This document shows positions 25,301-35,723 of a stretch of 64,000 nucleotides of DNA, one piece after another. The notes beneath the pieces are model-generated. The model was given only the letters and a program-made list of their open reading frames with translations, had not been told where the DNA came from and did no database searches. Source of the stretch: Felis catus. Its lineage: Eukaryota. Each line of letters opens with the position of its first letter. Positions within the stretch are counted from its first letter, which is position 1. The DNA lies in NCBI RefSeq assembly GCF_018350175.1, contig NC_058378.1, positions 64,666,001 through 64,730,000 of the forward strand, in the 5' to 3' direction. A program made the position numbers and the translations under genes.

Positions 25301-26196
25301 CTGAATCATACTTATCACTGTGTGGGGCTTGAATGGACAAGATGTGTCTCTCTGTTCCCAAAGGTGGAAAGAGGGGTATTATTTATTTTACTTAACAGAT
25401 TAATCAGGATTCATCCACAATCATTTTTATAAAGATAATAGTATTATGACATATGGTTAAAAGGGCTTTGCTAATCAGGCTTTCAGATGAAAGACTTCTA
25501 TTCAGAGAATAGATAAAAATGGACTATAATTAGCACCCGCCAAAGAAATGATTGGTCCGTTCACCTCAAAATGCTATTTGTGAATAAGACCTTCCATGAG
25601 CTAGAAAATAGTGTGTACCATGTACCACATGCATGGGAAATAGTCCCATCTTAGTTCTTTCTTCTTGTCCATCTTTTCAGTCATTGTTTTTCTTTGTTTC
25701 TATTGGTAAGAACATATGTCTATCTAGTCCTTTGTGAATTGCAACTTCCTACTTTCTTTTGCTGGGTCCACAGGCAGCTATTTGAAGTCACTTGGAAGCA
25801 GGACTGAGGAAAGATCTGTCCCTTACACTTCTTCACTGGCAAGCTATGCACATGAAACATCAAGTCAAAGAGAGAATGAAAAAAAAAATAGAAAAAAATG
25901 GACCCTCTTTCCAAAAAGTGATTTCATAATTTTCCATAATTTATAAGGCAAAACAGATGGAGGTGCAAGGTTGACACCTTGCATACTTGTGAGTAAGGGA
26001 TAGCATGAGTAAGACAGCAAGAAACGCCCACCAGAGAAGGGAGACTAAGTGACAGCTAGAGGGGGATTCCCGGAGAAGAGAGGGGCCGATGTGGACCCTG
26101 AAAGCAAGGCTCAAGCCACCTCTGAGCAAGAGAAGCAGGGGGAAGGAGGTGAAGAGCTCCTGTGTAATAAAAACCTTCTTCAGTTATCAATGTCTC

Positions 26197-26426
26197 TCTT
26201 TTTTGAAAAAAAAAAAAAATTAATGTTTATGTTTGAGAGACAGAGCGACACAGTGTGAGCAGGGGAGGGGCAGAGAGAGAGAGGGAGACACAGAATCTGA
26301 AGCAGGCTCCAGGCTCTGAGCTGTCAGCACGGAGCCCGACCCACATGGGGCTTGAACCCACAAACCGTGAGATCATGACCTGAGCCAAAGTCGGATGCTT
26401 AACTGATTGAGCCACCCAGGTGCCCC
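26197..26426 (-). mobile_element. Can-SINE (SINEC_Fc-type)
   Basis: Consensus core. 16-bp TSD agttatcaatgtctct on both sides. Confidence 0.96.
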
Positions 26427-27090
26427 TTTAGTTATCAATGTCTCTTCATGAGGCGGACAAAGAAGGTATTGTTCCATACATAGTTCTCTAGGTGTTCTCT
26501 TCGAGACAGTTTGTTTGCAAATGACTTGTCCTTCACTTTTTCAGGCAGTTTCACAAGTATGTTAAGAGACTCCTCTAATGCATTTCCTTGGGCTTTCAAC
26601 TCCCACAAGGGTTTTTAGGGCAGGGTTTGAAAATGAGAAAGATGAAAACACAATGCTCTTAGAAGTGAGAGAACTGGGTTGGGTGTGGGGAGCCATCAGG
26701 TGCCTGGAAGCCCAAAGGCTGGTGAGAGGCAGTGTGATTTTGGGAGGAGTAAATGCGAGACGCACAACAAGCAAGGAGCTTGTTGGCTCCTTGAAGGTCC
26801 TGGTTCCAATGATTCTGAATGATGTGGACATGAAATATTGAAACTCTTGTTTGAGCCAGTTCTTATAGTACTGTTGGTACCAGCAAAAGTCTAACATCAA
26901 TCTAAATGTCCTTTCTAGGGGCAGATTAGGTCAAGTAAGGTAGTCACATCTTCCGGCAGGGGTTAGGTTGTAAACTCAAAAGTGGCTGATAAGTAAAGTC
27001 AACATTACACTAGAACACTTCCTACTCTTCTTGCTTTGCCAGGATGTAGGCCCTTGGAAACAAAAAACGAAAGGAACTTCTTTATTCCCT

Positions 27091-27594
27091 TTTTTTTCTT
27101 TAAAATTTTTTTTCTAATCTTGTTTTTTATTTTTCGGTTTTTTAATTTTTTTTAACATTCATTTATTTTTGACAGACACAGAGAGACAAAGTATGAGCAG
27201 GGGAGGGGCAGAGAGAGAGAGAGAGGGAGACACAGGATCTGAGGCAGGGTCCAGGCTCTGAGCTGTCAGCACAGAGCCCCACACGGGGCTCAAACTCATG
27301 AATTGGGAGATCATGACCTAGGCCAAAGTCAGACACTTAACCAACTGAGCCATCCAGGTGCCCCCCAATTTTTTTTCTAATTTTAGAGAGAGAGAAAGAA
27401 AGATCAAAGGCACAAGTGGGGGAGAAGGGGAAAGAGGAAGAGAGAGAGAGAGAATGAATGAATGAATGAATCCCAAGAAGGCTCCACACTCAGCATGGAG
27501 CCTGTTGTGAGGCTTGATCCAAGGACCCTGGGGTTTTGGACTGAGCCAAAGTCAAGAGTTGGATGCTCAACCGACTAAGCCACTGAGGCACCCC
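27091..27594 (-). mobile_element. Older Can-SINE hosting a second SINE in its tail
   Basis: Body at 27367-27594 (atcccaagaaggctccacactcagcatggagcc..gtcaagagttggatgctcaaccgactaagccactgaggcacccc); remainder of tail at 27091-27118. Confidence 0.88.
27119..27366 (-). mobile_element. Can-SINE (SINEC_Fc-type) nested in the older SINE tail
   Basis: Consensus core. Exact 15-bp TSD aattttttttctaat at 27104-27118 and 27367-27381. Confidence 0.93.
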
Positions 27595-27729
27595 TCCCTT
27601 CTTTTCAATTGGGGCCACCCATTCCCATGGAGGGAAGCCACCTCTAGTATCATCAGGGGGATGGGCATAGGTGGTAAAGAAAAGAAAGAATATCACTTTC
27701 CTTGCTTCATTCTTTCTTTTGCTATTCCT

Positions 27730-27966
27730 CTCTTCCCCTCCCCTGTGTGCAGACAAAGCGAGAAGGCAGCCCTCTGCAATATCCTGCACTATCCTCTGAA
27801 ACATCTTGCAATATCCTCTGAAATATCCTGATCTTCACCAGGAACGGAATCTGCCAGCACCTTGATCTTGGACTTGCTGGCCTCAAGAGCCATGAGAAAG
27901 AAATGTGCTGTTTAAGCTACCGAGTCCATGGTATTGTGTTATAGCAGCCCAAGCTAAGAATATACA
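27730..27966 (+). mobile_element. 3' half of an MLT1A-type LTR
   Basis: gcgagaaggcagccctctgcaa..tcaccaggaacggaatctgccagcaccttgatcttggactt..tttaagctaccgagtccatggtattgtgttatagcagcccaagct. Confidence 0.85.
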
Positions 27967-28473
27967 TATGTTTGGTAACTCATAGAAAATTCACGGAAGG
28001 AGAAATGAGAACCGAAGAAAGCTGGTTGTGTCCACATGATGAGATCTAGGAGACATGAAACCAGGGATAGGAGGAAAAGCTACTTTTGGATGAATAAGAT
28101 CTATTTATCCACACTGAAAACCTTTGACTTTGTAATATATGTGCATATAATGCTTTTAGTGGTAAAAACCAGTATTAAAATGTTAAAAGTGTCTATTTCA
28201 CAAGTTCCATCAAAACAGAATAAAACAACAGTTACAAAGCCCATGCTGTTCACTAATCTCAGTGATCTATTTGGGGCTTACTGAGCAGTTTGTGACAAGG
28301 CTGTAACTTTCCCTTAAGGTGCTGACTATTCCAACATCACATCCTGCTCTGTAGGGGGATGTAGGCATGTCTAAAAAGGACAGACCTCATGTGAGAGCTT
28401 TCAGTGAGAAAAAGACTCCAAAGCTCATTTACTAGGTGATCTCTTAATGTGTTACAAAAACAAGGAGACTTAC

Positions 28474-28547
28474 CAGTAGAACCTGTTTGGTACGACACCC
28501 TCCTGGATAAGCTGCCATCTTCTCCCAAATTCGGCAGAGCTGTATAA
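28474..28547 (-). CDS. SORCS1: SORCS1 internal coding exon (exon 5 by recalled human numbering), second Asp-box (SAEFGRRW)
   Basis: Reverse complement reads LYSSAEFGRRWQLIQEGVVPNRFY plus TG (split Trp codon). Acceptor tttctcttctcaacag|TTA, donor TG|gtaagt. 74 nt, continues in frame from the 159-nt exon. Too short to appear in the ORF track. Confidence 0.97.
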
Positions 28548-28629
28548 CTGTTGAGAAGAGAAATTGTTCAGCACTATGACCCGTGGCACATCGGATATAC
28601 AAATATTAGTTCATGGGATCAATAACAGT

Positions 28630-28870
28630 AAGAATAACAATGACAACAACGCTAGTGCCTACCATTTGTTGAGTACCTGCCGGGTAAATGATCCACGTGT
28701 CACCTCTACTCCTCATGTACACTCTGCAAGTCAGATATTAATATCCCCCCTTTACAACTGAGGAAGCTGAAGTGCAGGAAGATGAAGTGATTTGTTGGAA
28801 ATCGCATACCCTCTAAACATTAGAATGAGCTGGGATTCATACTTGGTTTCACCTGGTGACAGAGCCAGTG
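28630..28870 (-). mobile_element. MIR just upstream of the exon 5 acceptor
   Basis: ctaccatttgttgagtacctgc..atcccccctttacaactgaggaagctgaagtgcagg..gagctgggattcatac. Confidence 0.75.
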
Positions 28871-28899
28871 GTACCTTGTGACCTAATGATATCACGTGC

Positions 28900-29265
28900 A
28901 GATCATTGTGTGGAATACAAGAAGTGCAAAATCGAGACCTGGCTCTCAAAGAGCCGATAGTATGACCTGAACCTGACTAAAGTCATGAGGAATGCATGAG
29001 GCCACCAGGGACAGAGGAATGCCAAGGAGGGAGACTCAGAAGTCAGGGATGCTTCACAGATGTGTGTGGATTCAGCCGAGGTCCGAATGAATGGCAGCAT
29101 TCACACTGACAAAAACAGAACACTCATTGCAAAAGGAGTGATGTGGTCAAAGTGGTGAGATGTGCAGGGACAGTATACAAATAAGCCTGGCTTATCTACA
29201 TAAATATAGATGTGAATGTTGAGGGCAACTTGGGAAAAGGCTTTGAATGGTAAGTCAGGGAGCCC
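28900..29265 (-). mobile_element. L2 fragment
   Basis: ctggctctcaaagagc..gactcagaagtcagggatgcttcacaga..ggaaaaggctttgaatggtaagtcagggag resemble reverse-strand L2. Confidence 0.5.
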
Positions 29266-30478
29266 AGAACTGAACCTGCAGCCCAGGGGAGCCAGTGTTG
29301 TTGTTGGTCTTTTCCACAACAGCCAGAGAAGCTTCAGGCTATTCCAGCAGCCCACATGGACTACACCTTCACTTTGATCCAAGGGCTCCCCATGCATTAT
29401 TTCATTTCATCCACACATCATCCCCGTGATATATGAAGTTAATTTACAGATGGCTCTACAGCTGGTAAGAGTTCAAGTCCACATGCTACATGGCTTCAGT
29501 ACTCTCCCAAGGCCACTACAAAGAAACACTGCTCATGAGACAGGGTCTAATGCTCCATATATTCCATTCCTTCCAAATGTCATTTTTCTCTTACATCTTG
29601 CTCTTTATCCTGGCTCACTCCACACCTCTGCTCCTCTCCAATAATCTTTACAGCTCTAGAGAAGTGTCCTCATGGCAGCCCGGAGATTCCTGTTGCTCTA
29701 GGCATTCTGGGTCCCATGGACATTTGGCTACTGATGTGATAAATATCATTGGAAACATCTCCTTTCTACTGTGTGCCTGGTCTGTAACCCAGTCACATCC
29801 CAATCTTCCACCACTGCATTCGCCCAATCCCACAGTGAATGGATAATGAGTCATACTCTACTGAATACCATGATTGCCCAGCCTTGTCTTGTCTCCAGCT
29901 TCAGCACTCAGTGAAGGGTCAAATGACTCACCGAGTGATTCACCAAGGCTACACATGCACTGGGCAAGTCCAAGGAACAGGTCAGCTCAAGTGAGTATTT
30001 ACTGACCCTTGGAAGAGCTTCCTATGACAGTATGTCCAGTGGGTCAAAACAGACTCTAAAGCCAAAAAGAAAAGGCTGAAATATGTGATTACTAAGCAAG
30101 TGGCTCAACTGAGTCCAATGACACAGTATTTGGGTATTTGGTCAAGGAGAATTTATGGCTGTTTCTTTCAAGTCTTACTATTTTTCTCTGCCCCATCATG
30201 CCTGGGGAAAGGTTGCCTGCATACATTTTATGCTTGATTCCTTTTAAGAGTGCCACGCAGAGCTGGGGACACAGTTCCCATCACAGAGATAACAACAGAT
30301 GGGACAGTTCACTCTCTCTCCATTCAGAACCCAAGCAGCCAGGGCACACACGTCCTGCTACTTGTTTGCCAGCGTGTTGCAAACACTTGGCATCTGAATG
30401 CACAGACTTGGGGAACAACAGCAAGCACCTGGAATGGGAGGGTCTGCTCCTCCTTCTCCCCTTGCTCTATCTTTTTTA

Positions 30479-30701
30479 TTTTAAAAATTTTTTTTCAACG
30501 TTTATTTATTTTTTTTGGGACAGAGAGAGACAGAGCATGAACGGGGGAGGGGCAGAGAGAGAGGGAGACACAGAATCGGAAACAGGCTCCAGGCTCCGAG
30601 CCATCAACCCAGAGCCTGACGCAGGGCTCAAACTCCCGGACCGCGAGATCGTGACCTGGTTGAAGTCAGACGCTTAACCGACTGCGCCACCCAGGCGCCC
30701 C
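30479..30701 (-). mobile_element. Young felid Can-SINE (same subfamily as 8652-8871)
   Basis: 13 CpGs retained (hand count). Exact 15-bp TSD gctctatctttttta at 30464-30478 and 30703-30717. Confidence 0.97.
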
Positions 30702-30997
30702 AGCTCTATCTTTTTTAAAGCCCAGAGCTACACTTCTTTCCATGAGTTTAAAGAGAACAGAGTCCACACCACTGTCTGTGTCTCTGTCTCTATATAAATG
30801 TACGTTAATATCTATCTTTATATATAAGGATTTATGCAACTGTAACAGAAGAAGGATGGTTTGAAATAATAACAACTCTGGGTGTGAAGCTGGACTCCCA
30901 GATATCCTGAAAACCAAATATTAACTCTGAGGGTTCATATGGGGCCACCCCTGCCCCCACAGAAAATTCATCTCTGTGAGGAATCACTGGGTGCTGG

Positions 30998-31000
<3 letters not shown>

Positions 31001-31050
<50 letters not shown>
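31001..31050 (+). repeat. (GT)25 microsatellite
   Basis: Read directly. Confidence 0.97.
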
Positions 31051-31055
<5 letters not shown>

Positions 31056-32374
31056 ATGTCTTTTTTAATTGCTCCCTCTAGGCTTGGATTCAGAATCTGT
31101 GGACCAGTCAGGTATGTCCCATGATATTTGTTTTTATCGTCTTCAAGGGCTGCTTTGTTATTTGTGAACATCCAGAGGCCCCTCAAGCAGTAGATATACC
31201 AGACAATCCAATAAACCAAGCCTCTTATTCAGCTTGGTGACATTACTTCCGGCCTTCTTTCTCGAAAGGTCCCCTTTGGTGTTGGCGGACTCCACCTTCT
31301 CACTCTCTCATTCACACCTGAACACATTTCCTCTGCTGTGTCTTCACTGATGCTACCCACTCTGGCTGCGGTGGCTTCAGGACTTGCCTACCTCAATGTC
31401 AGTCTTCTTTTTTAGGCCCAGATCAAAATATATCTTTTCTATGAACTTTCTCCTACACACTAAAATTCCTAGTGGCCTCATTTCCAAAGATCTATGGTTC
31501 CACAGATGGTATCAAACTACAGGCCACCTATTTATATTTAACTTACTCAGTAGCCTTCCAAGAGAACCTTCTAGGAATGCAAGGGAGTTCCTCCCTATCT
31601 TAAATCACTCTAAAATATCCGAGACCACTCACTGCTCCTTTGACAGGACTACAAAGCTCATAGGTATCGGGAATCCTTTCCTTCCAGAAACCGTCTAGCA
31701 CATAGTGATGATAAGAGGGGGGAGGAGTATCTATTTTATACCATGCAAATTCCCTAGTGATGAATCTACCCAGTAAAGTACCACCCAGGTTTCCCAGTGG
31801 GCGAACAAAGGTCACTTATCAGAGGGATATGTTTTATTTCCATAGATCCACAGTAGAGGTCTATATCTAAAAAATAAACAAATGAACAAGCCAAAACTAT
31901 AAAAAATCAGTACATTTGACACTGCCAAGGATTTGGAAGCAGGGTCTTGCCTATTTACCCTTAGCCAAAGCTGCTCTGTGTACTTCACCTACTACTTTAA
32001 ACATTTTCCCCCTAGAGTCCAGGCTGGAGTCAGAGCAAGAAAAGTTTACCAACTCAGAGCCATTCAAATTAACGTGTTAATGAAACCTGCAGAGTCTGAC
32101 AGCAAAATTCTCCTCCATAAAGCAGAGAAAGGGCTCAAGGCCTTTTACTCAATGACACTGTCTCAGCCGCCAATGGAAGGCTTTTTGTGTAGAACGAGTC
32201 AACGTCCTTTAATACAATTCATAGTGTTGGTAGTACCTAAATAAGATTTATTTCCCTGTCTGTCTGTCTCTGGCTCTAAGGTTTCTTTTGACTGTCAGAA
32301 CACAACACTAAGAACTATCATTACTATCTGTCACATCAGAGAAAACAGAACAGCTTTCTCCAGGAATGCTGAGC

Positions 32375-32383
<9 letters not shown>

Positions 32384-32429
<46 letters not shown>
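32384..32429 (+). repeat. (GA)n microsatellite, about 23 units
   Basis: Read directly. Confidence 0.96.
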
Positions 32430-32431
<2 letters not shown>

Positions 32432-32853
32432 AGAGGGAAGACACAATATTTGTTTTAGGAGGGCAACATTCATCTACTAACCTCTGTCGTAAACACCAAA
32501 ACACCATTCTTGAAGGGTTTTTGGTTTTGTTTTTATTGGGCTAACACTGGTACAAACTATTGGGGGAAATTGGGGAAAATTTTTTGAAGGAGTAGAAATT
32601 TTAGAAAGGGAACACGGAAAGGATTCTGGTTGACTAAGAATGCAAGGCAGAAAGCCCTTCCTGTCTCAAATCATCCTAAACTACCGGAGACCTCTTTCCT
32701 TCCTCAGTAAATATAACTTAATGAGCACAAACCCAATGCTCATCTACACTCCAGATCTACTATCAGCCTCAGGGCCTGACCCTCCACTCCGTCATTATGC
32801 TGGTCTGGGCCTGTCAATACTTCTCCCTCCTGCCAGGCTCCTTTCCAGAATGG

Positions 32854-32936
32854 TCTCTCCCTCTCTTTTCCTCCCCCCACCTCCTCCCTCCCCCCCTTCC
32901 CTCCTTCTTTCTTCTTCTTCTTTTTTTTTCTTTTTT
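32854..32936 (+). repeat. 83-nt polypyrimidine tract (low complexity)
   Basis: Only one purine (A32879) in the interval. Confidence 0.93.
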
Positions 32937-34983
32937 AGACATCTCTCACACTGGTTTGTTTTGCCATCTGCCGTTGTCTGCTGTGAGAAGAGTCCAGATA
33001 AAAATACAGTTAATTGCAAAGAATACAATGGCAAGGGTTAGTTTTGTTGTGAGCTTTTAACCAGTTCAGCCATCTTTGGGGCCGTCCTCAGGAGGCTGCA
33101 GAGATGCAACGGGATTAGGGCTGCAGGCTCAGGGGAGAACAAAGATGGATGCCACAGGAAGACCGAGAGCTTGCGGGTGAGAATAGTGAGAGTCATTGGC
33201 ATTGCTCAGCGTTCCTGCTCTTCAGCAGACTAAGCCGGGGTGAGAGAAGGGGGGTGTGAGCACAGCTGGTGGCAACTTCCATTTTCCATCTTCTTACCAT
33301 TTGCATGGTGGCTGAAGCCCCAGCAGGGAAGCATCTTTCTTTGAAGAGAAATCCCACTTCCGTGTGCCGATGAAAAAGCCTGCAATCATCACTGTCCCTG
33401 GAAAGTCTTCTCAATATTTCTAAATCAGATCAATGCAGCCACTCTTTCAAAGTGAGACAAGTGCACATTAGGGATTTTCTTCTGCACTTAGGATATTGGT
33501 GCGAGGACACAATTTGGCAAAAGGGAAGAGCGATAACATCTTTTAGATCTGTGGTTGACAGGATTGAATGCTTCCTCCACAAAGCTCCTCATGGAGACTT
33601 TCCCAGTGAGGAGGCAGGCCCCTGGGTCTCCTCCACACAGACTCCTTGAGAGGCTTCCATGTTGGCAGAATACTTCCTGCTGGGGGCTCTTTTCAAGGTT
33701 GCCTGCTTGCTCCTTTTTGCTTCTCTGCCCTTAACATTCTAGAGGCAGGAGGCCTGCAAATTGCACTTCTTGAGATGGCTGACAGAAAACCCTGCCAGTT
33801 TTATTTTATTTGCCTCATCCTAATAATGCCCTGGGGATGGTCTGGGTACAAAGCACTCATCTACCTCATGATTCTCCAGTTCTCAATGCTGTTACTGAAT
33901 TCTTCTTAGGAAAAAAGAGATGGCACCTTGAGGACTTCAAATGAATTCCTAACGCCAGGCCCGAGGCACTGCAAATATCAAGCTCTTTCGTCCACCAGCT
34001 TCAACAGGAAGAAAGAGAATCCATCCAAAGAAACCCATGGTCGTCAGAAGTGTGCCGGATACTCTGGTTCTATGGCACGGAACAAGGCCTGACCTCACTT
34101 GAAGGGAATAGCACACCCCGAGGTACCTAAAGTAGTTTGATAAAGCTTCCCTAAGCGTTGGCACAAGTCTTCTTCCTGGCTGGTGGGTATAGGGATAGGT
34201 GGTGAGAGACGCATCATGGCTGTCTCAGACCAGCACTCCTGTCGCCAACACATGCAAATTCCTCACACCAAAGGCTAGAATATCACGGATAACATATAGT
34301 AATCATGTATAACGTTCAGTTCAGAGTGCTATGGTGGCCTATGCAGGAGAGACTCTTCCAGATTGGGAATCTGGCAGAACTTTCAAGATGGGCCCAGGAG
34401 GACAGTTAAAATTCCTTAAAATAAATATGTGGTGAAAAAGTGTTCCAGAATGAACGGGTTAGTCTAAGCAAATAAACAGAGCTGCAAAGCTTAGGGTCGT
34501 GTTTTTGTGCTTTGTTTGTGAACTGCAAGAGACCCAGCTTGACGGGCTATGTGCAGAAAGGTGAAGCCATGGGGGCCGAGAGGCTATAAACAGAGCCTGG
34601 GTGCGGGATGGATGCGGATGGACAGATGCAATCCTACTGAAACTTGCAGGGAGCTAATACAGACTGGATCCAAATGTCACCAAGGTCAAAAGACAAGAGC
34701 ACCAAGGCTGTGGATTCAGCCTTTGCTGATGAACAGTGAGCAGGAATGGTGGCATATCACTGGCTCCATCAATCTCTCCTGTGGCTGGATTTATCAAATC
34801 TGTCACTGGCCATTCCCCAGCTGTCACTGAAGTCTGTCACATGCCCGACAGTTGGGTTTGGCACTTTGAGGCAGGCTTGGGAGATTAGACATATGGAGCT
34901 GGGGCTGTCTGGGAAGGAAGGTTCAATATGTGACCAAGGGCCACTTTCATTTATAGATACTTCCTGTGGACTTGGGTCTGGAG

Positions 34984-34985
<2 letters not shown>

Positions 34986-35025
<40 letters not shown>
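34986..35025 (+). repeat. (GT)20 microsatellite
   Basis: Read directly. Confidence 0.97.
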
Positions 35026-35030
<5 letters not shown>

Positions 35031-35505
35031 GGAATCTTGGCCTTAAAGATGATCCAATATAGATGGAGAAATAAATATAAGATAAATAAAATAATTAGAT
35101 GCTGAAATAGAATCTATGTGACAAATCCCATAATATCAAGGCAACTGATGATAAAAGGAGTAGCCCTCCATAGCCATACGATCATACCATTCTTTAAATG
35201 CACAGATGATAAAGCTCAGAAGTTGTGAAACATAAAAATAAGCAGGAGAAAATTGTCACTTGGAACGTAATTGGAGCTGTGTCTCTGTAAGACCAATGCA
35301 TTAGGACCGTGAAGATGGAATGGGGGAGACAGGCCAGCTGGAAGGTGCTGCACCAGGGCGGGGGACCAGTGAGTGCCTGATTAGACAGGGCCCCTGGGTA
35401 TGAGACAGAGGGAAGGGGAGGCCATTAAAAAATATAAACAAACAAAACAACATTTAAAAAGAAAAACATCTGACCAGAAGTAGAACATTAGAGTGGGTCA
35501 CTTCT

Positions 35506-35723
35506 TTTTTTTTTTTTTTAAGTTCATTTATTTATTTTGAGAGAGAACAGAGAGAGAGCAAGAGGAGAGGGGCAGAGACAGGGAGAGACAGAGTCCCAAG
35601 CAGGCTCTGTGCTGTCAGGACAAAGTCTGTGAAGCCCAATGTGGACTCATAAACCCTGAGATCATGACCGGAGCCAAGATCAGGAGTTAGACACTTAACC
35701 GATTGAGCCACCCAGGTGTCCCC
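35506..35723 (-). mobile_element. Can-SINE (older SINEC_Fc2-like)
   Basis: agtcccaagcaggctctgtgctgtcag..gagatcatgaccggagccaagatcaggagttagacacttaacc. TSD agtgggtcacttct at 35492-35505 and 35728-35741. Confidence 0.94.

Noticed and set aside
1-28473. Search for SORCS1 exon 6 (SVMGSNKEPD..) here and exon 3 (STDYGTTY..) beyond 45004
   Set aside because: No matching sequence found by eye; both presumably lie outside the window.
30138-30677. Longest ORF in the track (179 aa, + strand)
   Set aside because: TTG start, antisense to SORCS1, and the last third is the reverse complement of a SINE. No recognisable domain.
33293-33420. Strong minus-strand donor ATG|gtaaga at 33298/33297
   Set aside because: No acceptor with a usable pyrimidine tract in the next few hundred nt upstream.
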